Assembly (NCBI GenBank): GCA_977020255.1
Contig: CDROCS010000681.1
Location: 744,001-808,000, forward strand
From: Obrimoposthia wandeli
Taxonomy: Eukaryota
DNA length: 64,000 nucleotides
Reading direction: 5' to 3'
In this document: piece by piece, positions 24,330 through 36,780 of the stretch
Layout of the letters: each line of letters starts with the position of its first letter
Position numbering within the stretch: the first letter of the stretch is position 1
Position numbers and translations under genes: made by a program
The notes under the pieces: generated by a model
What the model was told of the DNA's origin: nothing
Databases searched by the model: none
What the model saw: the letters and a program-made list of their open reading frames with translations, nothing else

Positions 24330-26770
24330 TAACTATTTATATTTTAACGATAGTGTTAAGGTTGAGAATTAAGAAAATTAAAATATTTAGTTGATTAAAT
24401 ACTAAAATAAAAAAGCCTTGAAAGCAAGGTCGAAAATTGAATTAAAATATTAATTTAAGTTTTAGAAGTAAAATTAGTGAATATTAGGGTAAAATTAGGA
24501 GGACCACGAAGGTCGTGTATTATGCGAAAATGTATAAAAAGTTAAATTATTTAACCCAAAAGTACAATTTGAAAAAAGTAATTAAGGAAAATTAAGAAAG
24601 AAAAACGGTTAATTAAAACCGTCAATCAAGAAGAAGAAAGGTAAGCACATTTTCGTGCCGTGAATTAATTAAATTTTTCAGCTGTCAGGACTCACGCTCA
24701 AGAAATAAATTTCAGCTGCCCGACATTGCTGATTACCAATCGACGACTACATTGCTGATTACCAACCGACGACTATCAAAGTCGCCAACAAACAAATTAA
24801 CAGTTGCCCAAGCCCGACTCACGTCGCCAAGAGTAAAAACCAGATCGACTATATGTCGCGGGAACCACTACACCAACACACAAATTCTTAAAGGAAACTA
24901 GCAATAACAATCATTGCCAAAAAGTAGACGTAAGAAGAGGAAACCATTCAAAAGAAAAAGAGAGAAGAAGAACAGACGCCACAAATCAGCCACATATTAT
25001 CAATACAATCGTCATCTCGATAATTGCAGCACTCTTCCGAATTACGGCAAAACAGAGACGAATTGCAGCAAGAAAACAAGAAAAGTAAGAAGACCGCGAC
25101 CATTTAGAAAATTTTAAAAAGGATTCGTGCAGAAACTGCGTCGGATATCGAGCTCGGATCAACCAGCGAACTTACGGAAGGAAACCAGGAACCCTGACTC
25201 TATCTTTCGCTGCAGGTTGGAAGGTGAGAAAATTGTTAGAAACTATATTGAATTCGCTAAGCTAAAGTTTTGGGACATTTAGTCCGAATTGTTAATTTTC
25301 AAGTCTGATTTTACTAAATTGGATTTCAATAGTGTTTTGGGGACATTTAGTCCGAATTGTTAATTTTCAAGTCTGATTTTACTAAATTGAATTTCAATAA
25401 TTGTTTTGGGACATTTAGTCCGAATTGTTAATTTTCAAGTCTGATTTTACTAAATTGAATTTCAATAATTGTTTTGGGACATTTAGTCCGAATTGTTAAT
25501 TTTCAAGTCTGATTTTACTAAATTGAATTTCAATAATTGTTTTGGGACATTTAGTCCGAATTGTTAATTTTCATACTAAATTGAATAATTGTTATTTTCC
25601 AAGTTTTATATTACCATATTGAATTTCAATATTTGTTTTTCTACATTTAGTCCGAATTGTTAATTTTCAAGTCTGATTTTACTAAATTGAATTTCAATAA
25701 TTGTTTTGGGACATTTAGTCCGAATTGTTAATTTTCAAGTCTGATTTTACTAAATTGAATTTCAATAATTGTTTTGGGACATTTAGTCCGAATTGTTAAT
25801 TTTCAAGTCTGATTTTACTAAATTGAATTTCAATAATTGTTTTGGGACATTTAGTCCGAATTGTTAATTTTTAAAGTCTGATTTTACTAAATTGAATTTC
25901 AATAATTGTTTTGGGACATTTAGTCCGAATTGTTAATTTTCAAGTCTGATTTTACTAAATTGAATTTCAATAATTGTTTTGGGACATTTAGTCCGAATTG
26001 TTAATTTTCAAGTCTGATTTTACTAAATTGAATTTCAATAATTGTTTTGGGACATTTAGTCCGAATTGTTAATTTTCAAGTCTGATTTTACTAAATTGAA
26101 TTTCAATAATTGTTTTGGGACATTTAGTCCGAAATTTTAATTTTCAAGTCTGATTTTACTAAATTGAATTTCAATAATTGTTTTGGGACATTTAGTCCGA
26201 ATTGTTAATTTTCAAGTCTGATTTTACTAAATTGAATTTCAATAATTGTTTTGAATTTTCATAATAATGTTACCTGATTTTACTAAATTTAATTTTAAAA
26301 ATTTTTTTGAAGCCCAAGTTTGAATTTTTAATTTGAATTTTTAAATAAACTGAACTATTCCTAGTTAGAGCCACAGCTCTCTAAAATCAACCCCATTTTC
26401 AGAATACGACTTAATAGAAACAAACATAAACTAAAATCGATACGTGGTTCATCCCCACTTGTTGTAGAGACTTACAGAAGTCTTAGGAATTTTTACGATA
26501 CTTTTTAGAAAATACGTACGTAAACGTATTGTTGTGTTTTAGTTTAGTGTGTTACCAATAAACGATTTCCTACATTAGAGAACATTGTTTTTGAGCCCTT
26601 CAGATTAAGAAACGTCAAACCAAACACCTTCAGATAATCAAGAGAGATAGGCAACCATAACACTAAGTAGGCCACGACCAACTTTAAGACCTGCTTCTAA
26701 TCGAACTCACGTTGGGGTCCTCCGCACATAAGAGGCTCTATACCAAGTTTCGTATAGAAACCCCAACAAT
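24330..26770 (+). mobile_element. ~2.4 kb non-coding element with internal 68-bp array and structured 3' end
   Basis: Both ends align with the reverse complement of 61185-63630, for example ACTAAAATAAAAA.CCTTGAAAGCAAGGT, GGACCA.GAAGGTC.TGT, and the ~250-bp block ending GAACTCACGTTGGGG...GAAACCCCAAC. Confidence 0.75.
25268..26260 (+). repeat. Tandem array of a 68-bp unit, ~14 copies
   Basis: GGGACATTTAGTCC recurs at 25272, 25340, 25408, 25476, 25544, a variant at ~25640, then 25708, 25776, 25844, 25913, 25981, 26049, 26117 and 26185. Units are nearly identical and have no spacers. Confidence 0.97.
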
Positions 26771-27559
26771 AGAAAGCATAGTAAAAATTAATGAAGAATT
26801 TTAGTATGAAATTCTTATTTATAACTGTTGTAAAGAAAAGAAATAGACATAATATAAATGATGTAATTTATAAAATTATATAAAAAGATTGTTTAAAGGG
26901 TAGAATCAAATTACAGTTAAATGGCGTTTTAAATATTCACATTCTATGTTGTGTATGAATTATCTGAAAATTAATTAAAGTACTGATAAGACTAAACAGT
27001 CGATCATATAAATAACTATTAATATCACTAGGAAAGAAGCATGCTCGTGTTGAAATATGATTACAGTGAAAATATAACTTTCATTATTACTGCAAATATA
27101 TTCTTAGACGAACTAAAAAACACAGACTGCATAAGCATCTCTTTGTTCTATATAAAATCATAAACTGCATCGAAATAGCGCCAAATACCCAATTTCGAAG
27201 CCCTCTGCTGCTGACAAGCCATAGTTTAGATATACCATCTATCGGACTTTTTATTGTAATTTAGCCTGAAATGGGTAAAACGTGCTTTAATTTCTTAATG
27301 CCTAGATGGCCTTTTTGAACTTGATAATCCTCCATACACTCTTTGACTTCATCGAATCGAACATATCGAGATACGGAACAGACATGAACGGTGGCAATCA
27401 CAGCAGCGGTGACAATATGGACAATATAACAGCATCATACATTCAAATTCACTATGTGACCAAACTGATAGCGTTGAGAAGAAACCATTGTTTATAAATA
27501 CACAATAAACTCAAAACAACATTTACTCGACACTCACAACCGTATCACAACGTCTCAAC

Positions 27560-28490
27560 AACATGTCAAAATTACACAATTTAATTTGATCACAAAGTTG
27601 CCATGAGCAGTTACCCCGACAAAAACAACAAACTGAGTTAAACCCAAACTTGCATTGCTCAACAACTTATCTGATATAATGAATATCCAGTAACTGTAAA
27701 AATGGTGGTCCAAAACACCGAAATGAACACCCAGCCACATGGCTCTTCCGCAGTGACACCCTTGAAAGCTTGTACATGCATGACCTGAACCCTTGATCCC
27801 GAGTTACTCAATTAACCAACTCAACACATAAGCAAGGACTTTGTGACAATCTTTTCATCCAACAAGGCAATTGCTACACGTTTACCTTCCTCGATTCTTT
27901 CAAGAAGTCATCTTCCAAATACATTTTTCTTGTCCAACACCAACAAAATATTTTCTCTGACAAAATGTGTCTTGGTCTCCAACCACTTTGGCCTTAATGT
28001 CCATCTAGACACGAAGTCTTCCATATATGTAGATTTTAACACTGTCTCTGTAGTCATTTGAAAATATACCTGATTAATTTCTGCATTCATACAAGATAGT
28101 AATTGAGCCAGAAATTGCAACGCGTTTATGCCAAACACTAACCTACAACATTCATGAGTGCACACAATTCCCTAATTTCCTTCACCGTAAGAATCTATAC
28201 CACAATGTCTCTTTTGGTGTTAACAACACTTGAAGATACAATTTTGAAATATCTTAAAGTAAGGCAATATAAAATCTCCGAAACCTAATCAGAATATCCA
28301 ACAATTCACTTAGCAGCTTTGACCCTGGCTAAATTTATTTATTAAAACACATTTTTTTGTTTTTCATATACGTAACTTGTTCATTTACATAACTCGTCGT
28401 AGTAGTATCGTCAAGCAAGACGTTCACTCTCACTGACTTACTTCACTCTCACGTAACTGAAACTATTCGAAACGAAACACCTCTTTATTA
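27560..28490 (-). mobile_element. BEL/Pao LTR-retrotransposon pol relic
   Basis: Protease VNVLLDDTTTTSYVNEQV; RT LLDILIRFRRFYIALL*DISKLYLQV...RFL and [13 protein letters not shown]...[11 protein letters not shown]; weak integrase-like fragments downstream. Large internal deletions; LTRs not found. Confidence 0.72.
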
Positions 28491-30600
28491 TGATTTTTAG
28501 TCGGAGTGTGATTTACAAACGTTGCATCTCGATCATCCTTGAATTTTGTTACTACCCTTATATTTCACAGACGGGTCACAATGTTAATTCCAATGACGTT
28601 TACCTTTAAAATCATTTTTCTTGCACAACTTATCACATCTAAATTATTCTTAAAATGAATATTTCTGAAATAATTATTACAAAACTTTAATTCATTAATA
28701 AACATATATATCTTCAAAATATATCACGCAAAAATTAAAACATTGGTCCAAGAAGTAACCCTTTTGATACTTTAAACAAACACAGACCCCTTACTTCTTT
28801 TTTGTAGATTACTTGCCAAAATAACCTATCTTATCTACTTTATTTGAGACTATATGCACACTTCTTAATAGTTCTGTAGCCTTTTGTAGGTATTGTGCTT
28901 CATTATTCGCCCTTTACCAGCCGATGATTTTCATTTTGACATTTTTAAACACTTCTAAAACATAAGCCCATATGTTAACTCTTCCATTTATTAAATTATT
29001 TAATATTATAGTCACCATTTCTAGCATATTAACAAATTGATCTATTACCCTACAACCACCATGTTTGGTGTTTTTTAAACTTTTGGATATCCTCAACAAT
29101 TGTCCTGTAACTTCTCTCATTCCCTCAAGATCGACATTTCAGTCTCACCAAGCTCGCATCATATACCTCTGCACTTTAATCAATATTATCTACTAATTTT
29201 AAGCCTTCCACTTCCAATACTGTTTCAAATGAAGTATTTTATATACATTATCTTCTTTTGCCTCACCTATACAGATGTCAAACATTGAAAACATCTTTTT
29301 ATACTCCTGTGTTTTGCCTACAAACACGGAAAACGTCACGTTTTTCATCTTTCATATATTAAAACGAAACGTTTTCTACTTTGACATCAGCTTTTCAAAC
29401 TCAATTCAATCGAAATTGCTATTCCTTGCGCTCGCTAGGGTAACTTCATTCTTTATTGGTACTTGTTTTTTACTTTTAGCCAAATCATAAATACGGCTTC
29501 GGCTTTTTTCATTTCGTTTCTTTGTAATGCATTTACTATCTAACTCGCAATACCTTCCAACTCATCGTCAAATCGTCGTATTGCTACACCGGCATTCAGA
29601 TCTGAATCCATTCTCCACTTATATGGTATTGATCTCACATCTGATACCATTTCGAGAAATCATAACTTTTAGCATTACTGCAAATATATGTTTTATCAAA
29701 CTAAAAAGCAGATAAAATTTTACCTTTAGCAAACTAATAAGCTTTCTGAACTTGGTGATACTTCACTTATATTTGTTTAATGATATTTAACAGCCATGTT
29801 TTATTTGAATTGAGGCCTTTATATCTTTATAGAAAATGCAGTAAATTTCCTTTTCAAGAAAGGTTAACCACAATTTGAATTGGCAGTCCTTTTATTATTT
29901 TGTGCTATGTCTGGTGTATGCTCGTAAGCGTTAAATAATCTTGTGGTATATAATATAACTGATCAATTATCATAACAAAATAGTATCACTAAATGATTCA
30001 AAAAATACACATTCGACAATTTTAAAATATGTTCTTAGAAACCAAAAAGGTTATAATTAACGCTAGAAATTTCAAAATGTTATTAAAATAATATTTAAAC
30101 AATTAAAAATACAAAGTTGTATTCCAAACTGTTTAGCCTTATTTACCTACTAAAATTTTAAATTAACTGAAATTTTTAATTAACTGAAATTTTAAATTAA
30201 CTGAAATCTAAAAATCCGGTTATAACTTTTAGGCATGATTGGTCTTTGTCAGCAAAGAATTATCACTTCCACTTTCCTGAACTTTTTGTCTTGTGATCAA
30301 AAACTCTCCGTATAGGCTATATTTTCTTAAACTGATTTCATTCATATTTATATTTGTTAGAAGTTTTAGACATTTCTAAGGAAAGCTTTTTTCATTGATA
30401 TCAGTAGATAAAATTTTACTATATGAGATGCTTATTGATTTATTTAAATTTTTACTATATATATGGCATTATTATTCCTATAATAGAAAATTAGACACAA
30501 AATTTTATAATTATCGAGAAACATAAATATCAGAAATGTACAGAGTTAAACGACAGAAATAATCTAAATAATCAAATAATCAGAATTGTTAGAGAAAGGT

Positions 30601-31379
30601 TCAGTTTTGTGAGTCGATGTAGGTGCAGCAAGGCTGCTGGCTATGGTAGTCGATGGTTGTGGCTGTGTTGGAGATCTGAATGAGGCTGCTGTCGCCGTTG
30701 CTGTTGTGAATATTGAGTTCCGGCTGTGTGTTTTGAATGGAGCATTCTCCCACCGTGTGGTGGTGGATCGTGCCGCGGTTTCTCGCCAGATTCAATCGCA
30801 CCGCACCAGTCGCAAGATGAGAACGAGATGTGCGATATTTATCGTCGTTGACGGTGTCAGTTTCAGAGCAGTCGAACAATTTCATGAAGTCCTTGCGAAA
30901 TTTGCGGCCAGCGATGCAATATATGAAGAAGTTTATCGAGTGATTTGTGTTCATGAGCAATTCCACAATGGAGTTCACGAGATGCAGCTTGGAATTGAAG
31001 CCGGGATCGACTAAGATTGTAGGAGTTTGTTTCTTGATAATGGTTAGCACGATTTTGAAGATGACAACGGGAATGATAGTGAGCATGAACACCCACGAGA
31101 CGAGGATGAGCATGACGAGCTGCTGAACTGATTGTGAGTTGGCTGGAGAGTACCGATGCTCCGAGGTCACAGTTTTGGAGTTGCTGGTTGATTGACTTGG
31201 CACGTGACAAAGCTGCATGAGTTGGCGTTGCTGGCGGGCTTTCTTCAGGTAGTGGATGATCTTCATGTTGGCCACGTATATGATCAGACACGGTATGTAG
31301 CAGTAGATGGCAGCATCGAACCAGGACCACACAAGTCCAAATACTTCTCGTTTGAAGTCACACAATGGGGCTTGAACTG
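30601..31379 (-). CDS. Rhodopsin-family peptide-receptor-like GPCR, 3' coding exon (ECL2, TM5-TM7, tail)
   Basis: TM5 WSWFDAAIYCYIP, TM6 LILVSWVFMLTIIP, TM7 NTNHSINFFIYCIAGRKFRKDF. GC-rich against the flanks. Phase-1 acceptor AG before 31379 or 31376. Confidence 0.9.
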
Positions 31380-33699
31380 CTCAATTTGAAGGATAAGTTT
31401 CAAATATTTGAATATTGTTGACAATATAAATATCATTAAAACATAAAAATGATCTAATTGGTTAAATTGTTTTTTTTTTTTATTATTAAAAACATTTTTA
31501 TGTAATTTGCTACTTAATGTTTTTCGGAGTAAATATGGGGTTAAATTTTTTTAAACAAAACATACCATTTTTTTTCTTTTTACGATGTTTATAGGAAATA
31601 ATGTAGTCCGATTGAAAAGTTTAAGACAACAGGTTTCATATAAATCTAATTTTATTTATTTATTTAATTAACAATGATAAATATTCTTTAGTTTTTATTT
31701 ATTTGCATGATATCCATGCATATTACATTAAATATAATTTTAAAGCATAATTATAGTTTTTTGTAAATACAATCTGACATTAAACTAAAAAAACTCAAAT
31801 TGACTCATGGACTTTTAGACATATGCTTCATTGGCACAGTGCCACCGAATTGTCACTTTTTTACGGGTATTCTCTTTGTTTTTGACATTTTGGTAATATT
31901 TCATAAACATTTTTAACTCAAATTTTAAAACTTAATTCAAGTATAAAATATATATTTCGCTTTATTAAAACAAATTGGAATAAAATATTTCATTTTAACC
32001 TTATATTTTGCAGTTACTTCAAACAATTTAATCAAATTTCGATTTGAGTTCATCAACGCAAATTAAATACCTTCCATTCATCAAACCAATTAATACAGTT
32101 GGAATTTGCAGAATAAAAATAACTGAACCATTTTAATAAATATTAATTTTTTTCTTTCTTATTTTTATTTTGATATAAACAAAATAAGTATGAAAACAAA
32201 GATAGAGATTGTAACCCAATAATGTAGGAGGGACATTTCTGCGAAAGGTTTCCTATGACTTAAAGAATATTTAAATATATTAAAATTAATTGATTGTTCT
32301 AAACTTAAATAGATTGAAATTAATTAATGGCTTTTTGATTTTCAAATAGAAATCAGAACAAAATTTCGATTAAGAAAGTTCTAACCACTTTAATAAATCA
32401 TGTGAAAATATATTTGATTAATGGAATTGAAATTAATTTAAATAAATTGAATGGGAATTAATTGTTTTAATTGTATTAACAAATTTATTGAAATTGAATT
32501 AATTGTTTTGATGAATTGGAAGTATTTAAATAGTTTTAATGAACTCAAATTGAAATGTAAGATTCTTGGTAAAACATGTTCGAAATCTTTATTTTGATTT
32601 AATTTCATTGGTTATGGAATAAACTCTGCGAGTTCTTTTATGGTCAACCTTCTTGGTTCATCATGTCAAAAGATTGATTTTTAGAAAATCCACATTTTTC
32701 AGCTGTGTGACCCTTTTGTCCATTGCGCATGCTGCCGTGAAATGCCGATAATTGTGTAATAAAAGAGACTAATACTTATGCAATCATACATTCATAGTTT
32801 AAATATCTATTTGGGTACATATATTTGTCTAACAACATTTTGACTTTAAATGGGTATTTTATTAAAGAGATTATTTAGGAAATAAAGTGTTCGAAACTGA
32901 ACAAAATGCAACAAATGGGATTTCGAGAATAAGGTAAATTTAAAATTTAATGTATATGGAAAGTAACAGAAAATTACCAAACGTCACTGACAAGTTGAAA
33001 TAAACATATAAATAGACATAAGTAGCATAATTAACAAAAATATTATGTCATTGATCAAAATTAATTTCAAAAGGGGAAAATTGGAATATATATCGAAAAT
33101 CGTATTTTAAATGTTTAAAAAATCAATATTTTGCATTTGAAAGTGATACAATTATTTTTCTCTATTTCTTTACTCGAGAAAGATCTTAGAATTTCTGAAA
33201 ATAATTTCCATGCGTTCCAGATCAATAACAATCTGACTAAATATTACGTTTTTGACTAATTTTTGTGTTTGTGGCATATTGTGTGTTAAATTGTCATAAT
33301 AAACTTTATGGTGAAAGTAAATTACATCAAAAATTCTTTTAAAAGTGACAATACAATCTGTTTTAACTATGCTTCTTTTTCTCTGCTATTTTCTAAAGTC
33401 AAATGAAAAATAACAGTTTTCAGTGGATTTCAAATATAGTAAATTTGAATAAAACTATTTTTAGTTATATGAAAGTAATTCAAATGATAAATTCAAAAAT
33501 TTTTCTTTGAAATTTCGATTAAAACGAATTTTGGTAACATCAAACTTTTGTTGTCCATATATATATTTGCCGTAGCTTGATAAATTGTAGATTGTGGTGC
33601 ACACATATTATACGTTTGTTGTCCAACATAACTGATTGGGTAAGCTAGTATTCATGTTTAAATGCATCGTATTTTCTTTATAAGAGTATAATATAATAA

Positions 33700-36600
33700 T
33701 AAGATAAGATAAAAAAACTATATATTCATAGTAAACACATGCAGGGAATTAAATTCCCTATAGTAAGGTGTCTTCTACTTCATGTAAGACCGATGAATCT
33801 CCAGGGAGATTGTTTGTGCGACACTGCTTGGTGGTTTCCCAGGTTGTGACTGCATTTTCTAATTATTTCCAGACCATTGGAAAAATAAATATTATATGTT
33901 CTGGTATTTCAATTGCTTTCAAAAAGAATTGGTCAGAAATTTCAAATGGGTAATTTATTTCATAATACAAACATCCACTTTTCAATCCACTCCAATTTGT
34001 TTGCAGTCATAGCATCTACTCTATCAGGTATTGTATCCACAGTTTCTGAAACTCCACGTAGTCTAAAGCAATTCTACTGGGCACAGGTATGTTCTATGAC
34101 CTTACTTGAGATTCGTATTTTAATCTTCTTTCTTTCTGCAGCTGAATATTTGTAAGCCTGGAAAAGTTGGTTGTTGTCAACATTCCAGAACCCGAGGGTC
34201 CCTACTCTAATGACATAGATTTCTACCATTTTGTCACTATTATTTTTCCGCGTAGTCTCGACTAGATTCTGATATTTTTTCATTGCTTTGCTGCAACTAT
34301 TATTTTGACTCATATTACTGTCAAAGATAACTTTAATTTCCACATAGTGGATGTAGGTTCTACCTTTTTACAGTAATATCTGGTCTAGCTCGCTGAATAT
34401 TGTCACTGTCATTCATTACCGCAGTAGTTTCCTCCATGGCAATAGTATCTCCGTTTTTTAGGGCAACTTTAAGTAAGGCATATACTTCTCGAACTACCAT
34501 ATCGTGCCTCTGTACTTTCCAGTGATGCATTTTATAGCATCCTACTATAGCATGGGATACAGTCTCGGATGATGGTTTGTTTTATATTTTACACCCATAT
34601 CGGCAACAGTTAACTTCACGCTTACTATATAGTGCTTTAAAATCCAGGCGTCCTATTCGGGCTTTGTGTATAAAGTACCATGCTTTATGAGCGAGTTTAT
34701 CCTTTAGGATAAACCTGTTAATGTCCGTATCAGATCTAGCATTTTCATAAATCACCGATGCTGGTTTATCATTAATTCTTACATGCTCAGTCCTAGCAAT
34801 TGCGATCTGGTTGTGGAGATTGGCACTGACTTCTTTGTTATCTTTGCTTGTGAGTACGGTATTAAGATTATCCTTCTTAATGTAAATTATTACTTCATCA
34901 TTTTCACCATCTGTATCTCCTCTAGAGATTATAATTTCGAGATTCAATTCCTTCTTGATTTTCTTGTGAGCCTCAGTATACCTTGCCCACTCATTTCTGT
35001 CCGTTGTTTGAATGACTTTTTCATTTACGGCTTGGGTCAGACAATTCCAAACGTATCTGCATTCCAGGAATAGTTTACTTACTAAGGAGATTAGTTCAAG
35101 TCTAAAGGCTTGTTGTAATCCTCCACGGTCTGCATTCGCTATTTTGAAAACCTGGTTTATGGCTTGTATATTATACTCATCCATGATAGTTGGTATATCG
35201 AATCCTCCATGATCTTTATGACCATGGACAGTTCCAAAAGGGGTATGTTTAGGCAGTCCTGCAATTCTTTGAAGTTGTTTCCTCACTTGCCGGTCATAAG
35301 CTTATTTTGTTACTCCTTTAGTACATCTATCGTTGGCGAATCTGTCGTAGGATATATTGTTTTGCCTGAAACTGAATACAAACTTGGAATGTACAAAGCT
35401 TTTGTACGCCGAGATTTTCTGATGAGGATACAGTCTACTGTTCATGATCTTCATAGTCATTTCAAGATTCTCCTCAAATATATCCTCGTATTTGTGTTTT
35501 GTATCTGCATTCCTGTTCATACCTAGGTATCTGTAGGGACTATCTGTAGTTACTGCATTTATAGGGTCTCCATCGAGTAAGATCTCCTTGATTCTTTCTT
35601 TACATCTCTATTATTTCTACCTCTGAAGGGAATTCTGAGTATTCCACATTTCCTAGGTCTGAATCTCAATTGATACTGGCTGCAGTATCTGTTGCAGTAT
35701 CCACCACGGTCTTCAGTACAGATTTGTCCTCAGCGAGTAGGCAAGATCATCTGCATATGCTAGGATATCAAAATGTGTAGAGCCAAGTTTGAATCCAGCG
35801 TTGGGTACTTTGTTTACTGCCTCAAGACGGGCTTAATATAGAGATGAAATATAATAATGGACAATGGACAATTTTGGCGTACACCTTTTTTAATGGGTAT
35901 ATCTGTAATATTAGTTTCTCCACGTTGTATGTCGATTTTGTTCTCTTCGTAGATACTGTATACAAGTTTACATATCTTCTCAGAAATGTAAACTTTCAAC
36001 ATCATTCCAACGATGAAGTCTACGGGCACTGACTCAAAGGCATCAGCGATATCCAGGAATGCAACATGGCAGGATCTTTTGTTTCTGTGACACTCATTGA
36101 TGACGAGATTGAGTACTGTATTGTGCTCAAAACAGCCCTCAAATCTGCCAATGCTCTTTTTCTTTTCATGCCCAGTTTCGTAGATCAGAAGCAATAACAC
36201 TTGCCAGTACTTTATAAAGGCAACTCATAACTATCCAGGATCGTGTTAAACAAGGACGTTATCTCATTGCAATTCGGGTCTTGTTTCCTGATGTTGGAGT
36301 AAATTATCCCACCAGGCCCTGGGACACTAGCAGGAGCTTTCCTGGGAGAGAAACTTACCATCTTGGCAGTAACAAAATAGCATTTAAAGGTGCTTTCTCC
36401 TCTCTGAAAAAGGTCGTTGGGTAATGTACTCCAGTCCGTTGGTATAGATTCTGGCATCTTAGTCTCAAAGAAACCAAGTATGTTTCTTCCGTCTGGCGTA
36501 CTATGAATATCAATGTTGTCGATCATAATCTGATTGATTGTTTCTTTGGGATTTACTCGATACAATTTGGCAAGATCGTGGTCCTTGACTGCGCTTGTCT

Positions 36601-36780
36601 TTCGGGGTTTGTAATGTTTGTCTTTAGCATTCTCATGCTTTAATGCAAACTGTTTCTCCACAAATCTACGTTCGATGCAGTTGATCTCAATCATGATCGA
36701 GGGTTCCACGGTCCTCTCACTAGGGGAGAGGGTACTACTCAGCACATTGGGGATGTCAACAACGAAACTCAATAAGCCAG
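33700..36780 (-). mobile_element. R2/NeSL-type non-LTR retrotransposon (RT + CCHC + REL endonuclease), decayed, in the GPCR intron
   Basis: RT motifs GCFEHN, AFLDIADAFESVP, GVRQNCPLS, AYADDL, YRYLG, HGGFDIP. CCHC CRYGC...SHAIVGC...QRHD. RPDI...EIKV, KKYQNL and GTLGFW. 3' hairpin AGGGAATTTAATTCCCT followed by a simple-sequence tail. Confidence 0.9.

Noticed and set aside
24914-25117. Highly basic 67-aa ORF
   Set aside because: TTG start, purine-rich low complexity, and not conserved in the sister element.
25268-26260. CRISPR-like regular repeats
   Set aside because: Head-to-tail identical units with no unique spacers, no cas genes, and a eukaryotic context.
26711-26767. Hammerhead ribozyme (GTC, three stems, GAAA)
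   Set aside because: The CUGANGA core is absent here and in the sister copies.
30643-31330. ORFs 30643-31014 (+) and 30863-31330 (-)
   Set aside because: Antisense or alternative frames of the GC-rich GPCR exon.
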